From: Bacillota bacterium
GTDB taxonomy: Bacteria; Bacillota; Sulfobacillia; JAUYEG01
DNA length: 64,000 nucleotides
Assembly: GCA_040766985.1 (NCBI GenBank)
Contig: JAXGPL010000006.1
Span: 70,284-134,283, forward strand
Reading direction: 5' to 3'
Below, one piece after another: positions 45,132 through 55,046 of this stretch. The notes beneath the pieces were generated by a model. That model had not been told where the DNA came from and ran no database searches. It saw nothing but the letters and a program-made list of their open reading frames with translations. Positions within the stretch are counted from its first letter, which is position 1, and each line of letters starts with the position of its first letter. A program made the position numbers and the translations under genes.

Positions 45132-45989
45132 GTGTTCAACATTATGCGCTTTGCCGTCAACGACGGACCGGGAATCCGCTCGACGGTTTTCCTGAAAGGT
45201 TGCCCGCTGGACTGCTGGTGGTGCCATAACCCCGAGAGCCAGGCGCCGGGACCGGAGCTCGTCCTTAACCGGGACCGGTGTATCAGTTGCGGGCGCTGCG
45301 CCGCGGTGTGTCCCAGGGGGCCGGGGGAGCCCTGCACGGCGTGTGGGCGATGCGTTGAAACCTGCCCCGCCGCCGCGCGCGAGATTGCCGGTCGGCTGAT
45401 GACCGCCCGCGAGGTATTGGCTGAGGCGCAGCGCGACAGGGTGTTCTTTGATCAATCCGGCGGCGGGATCAGCTTCTCGGGCGGCGAGCCTCTGGCCCAG
45501 CCGGACTTCCTCGTTGCGATGCTCAGGTTGTGCCGCGAAGCCGGCATCGCCACCGCCGTCGACACCTGCGGCTATGCGGACCAATCGGCGATCCTGGCCG
45601 CCGCCGAGTACGCCGATGAATTCCTTTACGATATCAAGCACCTCGACACCGAGACCCACCGGCAGTACACGGGAGTCGGCAACGAGCAGATCCTTGCGAA
45701 CCTTGTCGCCCTCAGCAGCGTCCACGACGCGGTTACCGCTAGGGTACCGGTGATCCCGGGCGTCAACGACGATAGTGGACACATCGAGAGGGTGGCCGCA
45801 TATCTCTGCCGCAATACCCGGATCAGGCGGGTCACCTTGCTGCCGTACCACGCTTCCGGGGAAAGCAAATACCTGCGCCTTGGCCGTCCGTACCGCATGG
45901 CCGGCACCAGGACTCCATCTCACGAGCATATGGGTAAGCTGGCGGGGGCCTTCGCCGCAGCCGGCCTTGAGCCTGACATAGGAGGCTAG
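45132..45989 (+). CDS. Glycyl-radical enzyme activating protein (radical SAM with two extra 4Fe-4S motifs)
   Basis: FNIMRFAVNDGPGIRSTVFLKGCPLDCWWCHNPE (CX3CX2C); CISCGRCAAVCP; CTACGRCVETCP. Confidence 0.9.
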   Translation: MFNIMRFAVNDGPGIRSTVFLKGCPLDCWWCHNPESQAPGPELVLNRDRCISCGRCAAVCPRGPGEPCTACGRCVETCPAAAREIAGRLMTAREVLAEAQRDRVFFDQSGGGISFSGGEPLAQPDFLVAMLRLCREAGIATAVDTCGYADQSAILAAAEYADEFLYDIKHLDTETHRQYTGVGNEQILANLVALSSVHDAVTARVPVIPGVNDDSGHIERVAAYLCRNTRIRRVTLLPYHASGESKYLRLGRPYRMAGTRTPSHEHMGKLAGAFAAAGLEPDIGG

Positions 45990-45993
45990 ACCG

Positions 45994-48354
45994 ATGATCA
46001 CCAACCGTGTGGCCAGACTCCGGCAGCAGAGCCTTGACGCCCAGCCCCGCATCTCGACGGAGCGGGCGGAGTTGCTGACGGAGTTTGACCGGACCTGCCG
46101 TGAAACCGCTGTGCCGGTGCGCCGCGCGCTGGCCTTCCAATACATTCTTGAGCACAAAGCCATCGCGATTGGGCCAGGCGAACTGATCGTCGGCGAACGC
46201 GGCCCGTCTCCGAAAGCTACTCCCACCTATCCCGAGCTGTGCTGCCACAGCCTGGCCGACCTCGACCTCCTCGACAGCAGGCCCAAGATCCCGTTCCGGG
46301 TCGACGAGAGGTCGCGACGGGTGTACGAGGAGAGCATCATTCCCTATTGGCAGGGCCGTTCGATACGCGACATGCTGTTCGCGGCGATGAGCCCGGAGTG
46401 GGTTGCAGCATATGACGCCGGGATGTTCACGGAGTTCATGGAGCAGCGGGCGCCGGGGCATACGGTCTGCGGCGACAAGATCTACCGCAAGGGTTTCCTT
46501 GATATCAAACGGGACGTTGAATCACACCTTGCCCGCCTCGACTACCTCCGAGACCCCATGGCATACGACAAGCGCCTTGAACTCAGGGCGATGCGGATCT
46601 GCTGTGACGCGATCATCGCTTACGCGGCCAGGCACGCCGGACTGGCCCGCGAACTAGCCGCCTCGGAGGCCGACGCGACCAGGCAGGCTGAATTGCTGAA
46701 GATCGCTGAGGTCTGCGGGCATGTGCCCGCGGAGGCCCCCAGGGATTTTTGGGAGGCCCTGCAGGCGTATTGGTTTGTGCACCTCGGCGTGATTACCGAG
46801 CTGAACACGTGGGACTCGTTTTGCCCAGGGCGTCTTGACCAGCACCTTGAGCCGTTCTACCGGCAGGGCCTGGAGCAGGGCTCCCTGACGCGGGAGCAGG
46901 CCGAGGAGTTGCTGCAGTGTTTTTGGGTCAAGTTCAACAACCAGCCCGCGCCCCCCAAGGTCGGAGTCACCGCAGCCGAGTCGGGCACGTATACCGACTT
47001 TGCCAACATCAACAGCGGCGGCCTCCGCGCCGACGGGACCGACGGCGTCAACGAGGTCACATACCTTGTGCTGGACGTGATCGACCAGATGCGGTTACTG
47101 CAGCCGAGTTCGAACATCCAGGTCAGCAAGAAGAGCCCAGACGCCTTCGTCCGCCGTGCCGCCCGCATCATCCGCAAGGGTTGGGGTCAGCCCTCGGTCT
47201 TCAACGCGGACGCGGTGGTTGCCGAACTGCTAAGGCAGGGCAAGAGCCTCGAAGACGCCAGGATGGGCGGCACGAGCGGGTGTGTCGAAACTGGCGCCTT
47301 CGGCAAGGAAAGCTACATCCTGACCGGATATCTCAATCTCCCCAAGATCTTCGAACTCACCCTCAGCCGGGGCGTCGATCCGCGCACAGGACGCCGGCTC
47401 GGACCCGATACCGGCGACGCCGCGTCATTCACGGGGTTTGAGCAACTGTGGGCCGCTTACCGCAGGCAACTCGACCACATGGTCGAGGTAAAGATCGCCG
47501 GCAGCAACATCATCGAACGCCTTTACGCGCAACACATGCCCGCGCCGTTCCTTTCGCTCGTGATCGACGACTGCGTGACCAACGGCCGCGACTACAATGC
47601 GGGCGGAGCTCGGTACGATACGAGCTACATTCAGGGCGTCGGCATCGGTACACTGACCGACTCGCTGGCGGCCATCAAGCACCTCGTTTACGAGAGCGGC
47701 GTCCTGACGATGGCGCAGTTGCTTGGAGCCCTGAGCGCAGACTTCGAGGGCTCGGAGGACGTCAGGCAGTACCTCGTCAACCGGGCACCCAAGTACGGCA
47801 ACGACGACGACCGGGCCGACGAACTGATGCGCATGGCCTTTGACGCTTTCTACGAGACCGTCAACGGCAGGCCTAACACGCGCGGCGGGACTTACCGCAT
47901 CAACATGTTGCCGACGACGTGCCACGTCTACTTTGGCTCCGTAACCGGCGCAACCCCCGACGGTCGCCGCGGCGGCCTGCCGCTGTCGGAGGGCATCTCC
48001 CCGGTCCAGGGGGCGGACCGCAAAGGGCCGACAGCTGTCATCCAGTCCTGCGCCAAGATGGATCACCTCCGCACCGGCGGAACGTTGCTGAACATGAAGT
48101 TTACGCCGTCGGTGCTGGAAGGGGAGAAGGGGCTCGACAACCTCGTGCACCTCATCCGCGCCTACTTCAAGCTGGACGGCCACCATGTGCAGTTCAACGT
48201 CGTCGATGCCGAGACGCTCCGGGCCGCTCAGCGCGAGCCGGAGAAGCACCGCGACCTGATTGTGCGCGTGGCGGGGTACAGCGACTTCTTCTGCGACCTA
48301 AGCCCTGCCCTGCAGGATGAGATCATCGCCAGGACGGCGCACACCACCGCCTAA
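45994..48354 (+). CDS. Glycyl radical enzyme, PFL2/eliminase class (substrate unknown)
   Basis: 786 aa, intact. Cys loop GGTSGCVETGAFG (TGT GTC GAA at 47281-47289). Glycyl-radical motif LIVRVAGYSDFF near the C-terminus. Confidence 0.9.
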   Translation: MITNRVARLRQQSLDAQPRISTERAELLTEFDRTCRETAVPVRRALAFQYILEHKAIAIGPGELIVGERGPSPKATPTYPELCCHSLADLDLLDSRPKIPFRVDERSRRVYEESIIPYWQGRSIRDMLFAAMSPEWVAAYDAGMFTEFMEQRAPGHTVCGDKIYRKGFLDIKRDVESHLARLDYLRDPMAYDKRLELRAMRICCDAIIAYAARHAGLARELAASEADATRQAELLKIAEVCGHVPAEAPRDFWEALQAYWFVHLGVITELNTWDSFCPGRLDQHLEPFYRQGLEQGSLTREQAEELLQCFWVKFNNQPAPPKVGVTAAESGTYTDFANINSGGLRADGTDGVNEVTYLVLDVIDQMRLLQPSSNIQVSKKSPDAFVRRAARIIRKGWGQPSVFNADAVVAELLRQGKSLEDARMGGTSGCVETGAFGKESYILTGYLNLPKIFELTLSRGVDPRTGRRLGPDTGDAASFTGFEQLWAAYRRQLDHMVEVKIAGSNIIERLYAQHMPAPFLSLVIDDCVTNGRDYNAGGARYDTSYIQGVGIGTLTDSLAAIKHLVYESGVLTMAQLLGALSADFEGSEDVRQYLVNRAPKYGNDDDRADELMRMAFDAFYETVNGRPNTRGGTYRINMLPTTCHVYFGSVTGATPDGRRGGLPLSEGISPVQGADRKGPTAVIQSCAKMDHLRTGGTLLNMKFTPSVLEGEKGLDNLVHLIRAYFKLDGHHVQFNVVDAETLRAAQREPEKHRDLIVRVAGYSDFFCDLSPALQDEIIARTAHTTA

Positions 48355-48409
48355 CTCCGCGCCGCTCTCCCACGTCCGTGATGCCTGGTCAGATGACCGC
48401 GGTCGGGGC

Positions 48410-48640
48410 TTAGCTGCCGCGCCCGCCGGCCAAGAACCCCCTGCACTGAGGCGCTTGCTGGAGAAACGACTCGATCCTAGCGCATCCGAAATCCGACCAC
48501 CTGCCGCAATTGGCCACGCCGGCCCGCCCGCGGGCGCACGCCCTGATCTCGCAGACGTTGCAGTGGCTGAAGAGGTGGGGGCCATCCGAAGGTGAGGCTT
48601 CCAGAACAATATACCGAACATCTGTTCGCTTGTCAATCAT
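48410..48640 (-). CDS. Questionable small Cys-rich ORF (76 aa)
   Basis: MIDKRTDVRYIVLEASPSDGPHLFSHCNVCEIRACARGRAGVANCGRWSDFGCARIESFLQQ... from an internal ATG of ORF 48410..48706. Weak RBS and no family recognised. Confidence 0.2.
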   Translation of the reverse strand: MIDKRTDVRYIVLEASPSDGPHLFSHCNVCEIRACARGRAGVANCGRWSDFGCARIESFLQQAPQCRGFLAGGRGS

Positions 48641-48800
48641 TCCCCGCCAAGAGGGCTGCAACGATAGACCCTCCTCACATTGAGCCGTTCTGGCAGGCCT
48701 GGCCAAGGGGTGGACGGCCCTGCGGCCCGGCAGGGAACGACGACGCCGGCTGAGAATCGCTCGTCAAGATTAGGACCGCCCCGCGACAGAGGGCGGCGGC

Positions 48801-48911
48801 CACCGGCGAGGGGTTCCTGGCGACCGGGTGGCTGCCGGGCACCGGCGAGGGGTTCCTGGCGACCGGGTGGCTGCCGGGCACCGGCGAGGGGTCGACCCGG
48901 CACCGGCGAGG
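48801..48911. repeat. 39-bp tandem repeat, 2 full copies plus partial copies
   Basis: CACCGGCGAGGGGTTCCTGGCGACCGGGTGGCTGCCGGG at 48801-48839 and 48840-48878, then CACCGGCGAGGGGT (48879-48892) and CACCGGCGAGG (48901-48911). Confidence 0.9.
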
Positions 48912-49189
48912 ATAGGTGGACGTGCGGCGACCCGGTTTCTGGGAAACCTGGTCGCTCTAAGCACGCGTTGCGCAGAACGCGGTCACGGATCGACCTTAAG
49001 GGGCCGCCAAGGTCGTTTTGTTACCGCATTCCTGGAAACCTGGTTTCAGCAAAACCAGGTCACTGCGCCATCGGGTCGTTTTCCGCCCAATGCACCGCGC
49101 CCGTGGCCAGGCTCCCACGACGCCCCGCGCCCACGCCGGCGGCTGTGCGCGCCTTTGCGGGTGGGTGAGTCTTGCGAGGGGGATGCGAT

Positions 49190-50687
49190 ATGGGCGAATG
49201 GCAGGTCGGGTTGCCTCAGGACATCGAGGAAATGACCACCGTGCAGATGCAGGAGGCGATGGCCGACGGGCGGCTGACTTCGCATGGACTGGCATTGGCG
49301 TATCTTGACCGGATCGCGCGGTACGACCACGCCGGACCAGGGATCAACGCCGTCCTGGAGATCAACCCGGATGCGCTGCACATCGCGCGGGCGATGGACG
49401 CCGAGCGTGCCCGTTCCGGCCCACGCGGGCCGTTGCACGGTATTCCCGTCCTGCTCAAAGATAACATCGACACGGGAGACAAGATGCACACGAGCGCGGG
49501 GTCGCTGGCCCTGGCGGAGTCGTACGCCGCGGCGGATTCGTTCGTCGCCGCCCGGCTGCGTCACTGCGGAGCCGTCATCCTCGGCAAAGCCAACATGACG
49601 GAATGGGCCAACTTCATGACCGAGGGCATGCCCGCGGGTTACAGTTCGCGCGGCGGCCAAGTCCTCAACCCCTACCTGCCTGGCAAGTACACCGTCGGCG
49701 GCTCGAGCTCCGGTTCTGGTGCGGCGGTGGCGGCCAATCTGGCGGCCGCGGCAATCGGCACGGAAACCTCCGGCTCCATCCTCAGTCCCGCCAGCTCCAA
49801 TTCGGTCGTCGGCATCAAGCCGACAGTCGGGCTCGTGAGTCGCACAGGGATCATCCCGATAATGCACACCCAGGATACTGCCGGCCCGCTGGCTCGGACC
49901 GTGGCCGATGCGGCAGCGCTTCTGAGTGCTATCGCGGGCGTGGATGAGCGCGATCCGGCGACGTGGGCCTACGAGGGGAGGGCGTTTGCGGATTACACCG
50001 CTTTCCTCGACGGCCGTGCCCTGCGGCACGCGCGGCTCGGCGTGTGCCGGGACCTGCTCGGCCGGATGGACGGGGAGCAGCTGGCTCTGATGGAGCGTGC
50101 CTTCAGCGTGATGCGGGAAGCCGGCGCGGAGGTCATTGACCCCGTCGACATGCCTGTGGCACGGGAGAAGTACGACCGGACGGCGATGCTCTACGAGTTC
50201 AAACCCAATCTCAATGCCTACCTTGCTAGGCTTGGGCAGGCTGTGCCGGTCCATTCGCTCCGGGAGTTGATCGAGTACAATTCGCGGCACCCCAAGGCCA
50301 TGCTCCGCTATGGTCAGACTCTGCTCATCCAGTCCGAAACCAAATCCGGCGACCTTACCGAGCCGGAATACGTCCAAGCGCTTGCCAACGGCATTTACCA
50401 GTGCGCCGCACGGGGTATCGACAAGGTGATCGCCGAGCACCGGCTCGACGCCGTCGTGTTCCCCGGCAACCTGGGGGCATCGATCGCGGCCAAGCCAGGC
50501 TACCCATCGGTCTGTGTGCCGGGCGGGTACACTCCTGACGGGCGGCCCGGGTGTTACGTTCTGTGCAGGGGCGTGGAGCGAGCCGATGTTGATCGCCCTG
50601 GCATACGCGTTCGAGCAGGCGACAATGTACAGACGGCCGCCGGCGATGGACGGGCCCGCGCTGTCGACAGCTCCGCCCGAGGGTTAA
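49190..50687 (+). CDS. Amidase-signature (AS) family amidase; frameshifted near 50545-50552
   Basis: ATG at 49190 after [47 protein letters not shown]. After GGYTPDGRP the next frame reads [31 protein letters not shown]..., with the stop at 50685-50687. Confidence 0.85.
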
Positions 50688-50928
50688 CAGAATCTGCGTA
50701 GTCTTGCGTTGTTCCTGTACATTCATACAGCCATACGGCCGGCCGCCGCCAACGCTTCCAGGTGGTGGTTTGGTCTCTGCCAGGATTCGACTCTGCCACC
50801 GCGCAAACACAGGAGTACTCTGCCTCTCCGTCGAAGAGGTGATGTCTTAATGTGGGCATTATGCACAGCCACCGATGGCTTAGGCATGCGGCCCCGGCAA
50901 CAAGAAGGCTGGCAAGGGAGGTTTGGGT

Positions 50929-51906
50929 TTGGACGAGGATCTCAAAAAGCAGGTCGAGCAGTTGTTGTCTGCCCAGGAGGGTCTACAACACGTCTTTGCG
51001 CAGCTTTACAAGGCCGTTGACGATGTGTTGTGGTACCACAAGGTTGGCGACGTGGCGGAGCATGACACATTCGTCTACTGTGGGCCGCCGCCGGCCAACC
51101 TGAGTGCTCAACCGCCTCAGGACCGCGGCAACCCCGTCAAGATCAGGGCCTACCGGTTTTGGCCCAAAGGTATCGACAGGACCAAGAAGCATCCGCTGCT
51201 CGTGTACCCGCATGGCGGCGTGCACGCCAACTTTTCGAGCGCCGGCTCCAACGTCGTCCGGGAGATGGTCCAGCAAGGATACATCGTTGTCGCCCCGGAC
51301 TATCGCGGGTCCACGGGCTACGGCGAATACCTCTACCGTATGATTGACTACGGCGGGCTCGAGGTTGAGGACACGATGTGCGCCAGGGACTGGATGGTCG
51401 AGAACGACCCGCTCGTCGACCCGGAACGCGTCGGCATCCTCGGCTGGAGCCACGGCGGACTGCACACTCTGTTTAACATCTTCCGTTATCCGGAGAAGTA
51501 CAAGGTGGCCTACGCCGCGGTCCCGGTCAGCGATCTGGTCGCCCGGATGGCCTACAAGGGGCCGCACTACCACTCCCTGTACTCGGCGGACCACCACATC
51601 GGCAAGCCCGCGTGGGTTGACCCATGGGAGTACAAGCGGCGTTCGCCCGCGTACAACGCGGACAAGCTGCAGACACCGCTGCTGATCCACACGACGACCA
51701 ACGATGAGGACGTCAACGTGCTCGAAGTGGAGCACCTCATTGCACAGCTCAAGGCCGCCGGCAAGAAGTTTGAGTACAAGATCTACGACGCGGCCCCCGG
51801 AGGGCATGCGTTCAACCGCATCGATACGCCGCTGGCGCGCGAGTCGAGGCGGGAGGTGTGGGCCTTCCTGGCTAAACACCTTAACCCGCCCAATCCGCTC
51901 GTTTAG
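50929..51906 (+). CDS. S9-family/alpha-beta hydrolase peptidase
   Basis: TTG at 50929, 7 nt after GGGAGG. GILGWSHGG (GxSxG), TTNDEDVNV, GGHAFNR. Confidence 0.8.
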   Translation: MDEDLKKQVEQLLSAQEGLQHVFAQLYKAVDDVLWYHKVGDVAEHDTFVYCGPPPANLSAQPPQDRGNPVKIRAYRFWPKGIDRTKKHPLLVYPHGGVHANFSSAGSNVVREMVQQGYIVVAPDYRGSTGYGEYLYRMIDYGGLEVEDTMCARDWMVENDPLVDPERVGILGWSHGGLHTLFNIFRYPEKYKVAYAAVPVSDLVARMAYKGPHYHSLYSADHHIGKPAWVDPWEYKRRSPAYNADKLQTPLLIHTTTNDEDVNVLEVEHLIAQLKAAGKKFEYKIYDAAPGGHAFNRIDTPLARESRREVWAFLAKHLNPPNPLV

Positions 51907-52057
51907 CAGCGCGTTCGATTGTATGGTGCTGGGCTCGGCCGCCTTTCCGGGGCGGCTGTGCCCGGCGGCCCAACATAAGGGAGGTGGTTAGCCCACGGAG
52001 TAGCCCGAAGAACACTGTCGGCAGAGGTGTTACTCAAGGTTCCGAGGGATTTTCGGG

Positions 52058-52846
52058 ATGGAGGTGCAAGACAACTTGATTGCAGGACGGATTGCTGGAT
52101 TCTGGGCTCTTCTAGTCTCATTCGTACTGATGCTTCTGGCAGTCAGTAACGCCAAGAAGAGACTGCCCAAGATCCGGACGCTTGCTGGCCTGGAGGCGAT
52201 CGAAGAGGCGGTTGGCCGCGCGACCGAGATGGGCAAACCGGTGATGTTCACCCCGGGCTATGGGGACGTCGCCGGAACCAACGCAGCGCCCACGATCGCC
52301 GGACTCGATATGCTTGGCTATGTCGGGCGCCTAGCCGCCAGGCGCGATACCAAAATGGCAGTGACCGTGGGCCACCCCAATACATACACCGTTGCGCTGG
52401 ACGTTCTGAGGCGCGCATATATGGTTGAGGGCCGTCCCGATGCTCTGCCGGACGACGCTGTCACCTTTGGCTCCGAGATTCAGTTCGCGTTTACGGCTCA
52501 CACTCTCGGGCGTATCCAGCGGGAGAAGCCGGCAACCTGCCTGTTCCTCGGTTACTTCGCTGCGGAAGCGATCATCGTTGCTGAGGCAGCGGTAGCCGCC
52601 GGGTCAATCTCAATCGCTGGGGCGACAAACCACTTCCAGTTGCCGTTCTTTGTCGCCGCCTGCGACTACACCCTGATTGGAGAGGAATTCCTTGCGGCCG
52701 GCGCTTACGTGTCAAACGATCCGCGCCGCATTGGTTCAATCGCCGGTCAGGATTGGATCAAGGGCATTGCGGTCTTGATAGTAATCGCCGGGGTGGTCAT
52801 GCGGGCAACGGGCAACAACGCTATGACCACATGGCTCAGCAAATAG
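52058..52846 (+). CDS. Unknown-function membrane operon copy B, subunit 1
   Basis: 262 aa. TM-core-TM layout. LAGLEAIEEAVGRATEMGKPVMF and QLPFFVAACDYTLIGEE match copy A subunit 1. Confidence 0.7.
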   Translation: MEVQDNLIAGRIAGFWALLVSFVLMLLAVSNAKKRLPKIRTLAGLEAIEEAVGRATEMGKPVMFTPGYGDVAGTNAAPTIAGLDMLGYVGRLAARRDTKMAVTVGHPNTYTVALDVLRRAYMVEGRPDALPDDAVTFGSEIQFAFTAHTLGRIQREKPATCLFLGYFAAEAIIVAEAAVAAGSISIAGATNHFQLPFFVAACDYTLIGEEFLAAGAYVSNDPRRIGSIAGQDWIKGIAVLIVIAGVVMRATGNNAMTTWLSK

Positions 52847-52873
52847 GGCCGGCGGGAGAGGAGGGCGCGAACT

Positions 52874-53503
52874 ATGAAACGTGAGCTTCCCATATTCCTG
52901 ACAGGTCTGACCGGCCTGATCCTGATTGCGCACTACTACATCACCATTCCGATACCGTTCATCAACCGGCTCGCCGAGGCCATGCCGAACTGGGGTGTCA
53001 TCATTGCTGCCTTCACGCTGGCCTTGGCTGCTGCCAACCTGATCAAGATCCACCTGACACGGCTGATCCGTGGTGGCGGTATTGGCAGGGTCCTGCCCAG
53101 TGTGGTGCTCCTGGCGGGTCTGTTTGTGACGGCCATTTCGGGCATCTTCCTTGGGCAGAGTTCCACCTCGTTCAACTTCATCTTCACCAATATGTACACG
53201 CCCCTGGCTGCGGCCTTCTACGCGATGACGGCGTTTCACCTGGCTTCTGCATCATACCGGGCCTTCCGAGCGCGTACAGCTCAAGCTGCTGTGCTCCTCG
53301 TCACGGGTGTCCTTCTGATGCTGGGCCGGGCGCCCATCGGTGAGGCGGTCTGGGCCCAGTTCCCGACAATCGCTAACTGGATTATGAACGTCGGTAACCT
53401 GGCGGGGTCACGTGGAATCATGATTAGCATTGCCGTTGGTGTAATCGGTGTGAGCTTGCGGGTTCTCGTGGGCATCGACCGGGCACACCTGGGCGCGGAA
53501 TAG
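52874..53503 (+). CDS. Unknown-function membrane operon copy B, subunit 2
   Basis: AGGAGGG RBS 8 nt upstream. Polytopic. MPNWGVIIAAF, FIFTNMYTPL and ASASYRAFRARTA parallel the A2 motifs. Confidence 0.7.
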   Translation: MKRELPIFLTGLTGLILIAHYYITIPIPFINRLAEAMPNWGVIIAAFTLALAAANLIKIHLTRLIRGGGIGRVLPSVVLLAGLFVTAISGIFLGQSSTSFNFIFTNMYTPLAAAFYAMTAFHLASASYRAFRARTAQAAVLLVTGVLLMLGRAPIGEAVWAQFPTIANWIMNVGNLAGSRGIMISIAVGVIGVSLRVLVGIDRAHLGAE

Positions 53504-53509
53504 GGGGTC

Positions 53510-54346
53510 GTGCAGATGAGTCTGATTGAACGGCTCGGCCGCGTCGACAACCGGGTGATTTATGCGCTCTTGATAGTTGTACTGATTTGGCCGCTGGCAA
53601 AGCCACTCGGTCTTCCAGTTTCGGTCGGTGTCTATACCCAGAAGTCCTACGAGACTATCGATGCCCTTCAGGCCGGGGATGTGGTTCTCTTCTGTTCCGG
53701 CTACTCGGTATCAGGTGCCGGCGACGTCCAGGCTCAAGCCATTGCCATCTCGCGTCACCTGTTTGGGAAAGACGTCAAGGTCATCTTCTACTCGGATGTC
53801 GTCGAGGGGCCGATGGTGATCGAGAACGTTTTGACCAACATCCCGGAGATCCAGGGCAAGACCTACGGCGTCGACTGGGTCAACCTCGGTTACCTTGCCG
53901 GTGGAGAGATGGCCCACACCGCGGCCGCTAAGGGGCTTAAAGAGGCCTATCCGCTCGATTTCAAGGGCGATCCGACAGACACGCTTCCGATTCTTGAGAA
54001 CGTCAACACCGCCGGCGATGTAGCCCTGACGGTCTTCTTCACCACCCAGAACTCGGACATGTTCGTTCGTCAGATTACGCCTTACGGCAAACCAGTCATC
54101 GGCGGACTGATCAACACAATTGTTCCGCAGGCTGAGCCGTACGTGAACTCCGGACAGCTCACCAGCATCCTGGCCGGTCTGCGTGGCGGCGCTGAGTATG
54201 AGTTGTTGATGAAGCAGCCCGGCGTCGGTTTGGCGGCCATGGATGCCCAGAGCATGGGTCACCTGCTGTTTATCCTGTTTATCGGATTGGCCAATGTCGC
54301 CTACTTCTCGACACGCGGCAGGGCTGCTCGAAAGGTGGGTGGTTAG
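53510..54346 (+). CDS. Unknown-function membrane operon copy B, subunit 3
   Basis: 278 aa, the same length as A3. LRGGAEYELLMKQPGVGLAAMDAQSMGHLLFILFIGLANVAYF parallels A3. Confidence 0.7.
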   Translation: MQMSLIERLGRVDNRVIYALLIVVLIWPLAKPLGLPVSVGVYTQKSYETIDALQAGDVVLFCSGYSVSGAGDVQAQAIAISRHLFGKDVKVIFYSDVVEGPMVIENVLTNIPEIQGKTYGVDWVNLGYLAGGEMAHTAAAKGLKEAYPLDFKGDPTDTLPILENVNTAGDVALTVFFTTQNSDMFVRQITPYGKPVIGGLINTIVPQAEPYVNSGQLTSILAGLRGGAEYELLMKQPGVGLAAMDAQSMGHLLFILFIGLANVAYFSTRGRAARKVGG

Positions 54347-54348
54347 CT

Positions 54349-55046
54349 GTGTCCACCAATCCAGGGATTTGGGTTGCGTCGATCCTGACGATATTCGTCT
54401 ACTCCTATCTATTTAAGGAGAACCTGTTCTATCAACTGACCGAGCACCTCTATGTAGGCGTGGCCGCCGGGTACACGGTGACGATCGCGTGGACCAACAT
54501 CAAGTCAGCGGTTTGGCAGCCGTTGTCGGCCAAGGGCGATTACCTGGTACTTGTACCGGCAATCCTTGGCCTACTGCTCTTCGCACCGTTCGTTTCCCCG
54601 TCGCTCAAGTGGGTCAAGCGCATCCCGATTGCCGTTATCATCGGTATCGGCACTGCGCTCACTTTGCGGACCACGGTAATATCCAGTTCTTAGCCCAGCT
54701 AAAGGCGTCAATCATGACACTTAATAGTGTTGACAACGTGATTGTCGTGATCGGTACGCTGGCGACTTTGAGCTACTTCTTCTTTACCTACAAGCAGAAC
54801 CCGGTATTGCATGCCTCCTCCGAAATCGGCAAGTGGGTGATCATGGTCACCTTCGGCGCCGCGTTCGGCAGCGGCATCATGGGCCGGTTGTCGCTCCTGA
54901 TCGACCGGATCCTGCTGGTCTTCCGCGACTGGCTACCGCTGATACAAAGTAGCGTCGGCGCACCTTGGATGGAGCGCGTGGTCCGCGGCGGACAAACCGC
55001 CGCGGACCCGCCGTTATCCCCGCAGGGGATGGAGCAGATACCATGA
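54349..55046 (+). CDS. Unknown-function membrane operon copy B, subunit 4; frameshifted near 54674-54678
   Basis: GTG at 54349. The first frame stops at 54691-54693 after LTLRTTVISSS. The frame of ORF 54489..55046 continues NIQFLAQLKASIMTLNSVDN...GKWVIMVTFGAAFGSGIMGRLSLLIDRILLVF, colinear with A4. Confidence 0.65.

Noticed and set aside
48637-48903. Repetitive ORFs (for example PLAGARQPPGRQE repeats) considered as a repeat protein
   Set aside because: They arise because the 39-bp DNA repeat is 13 codons long. The region is open in several frames on both strands, has no RBS and has non-protein-like composition.
51976-52057. Tiny ORF behind an AAGGGAGGTGG motif upstream of operon copy B
   Set aside because: It is about 31 codons with no conservation evidence. 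The motif could simply be part of the 5' leader, so I cannot support it as a gene.
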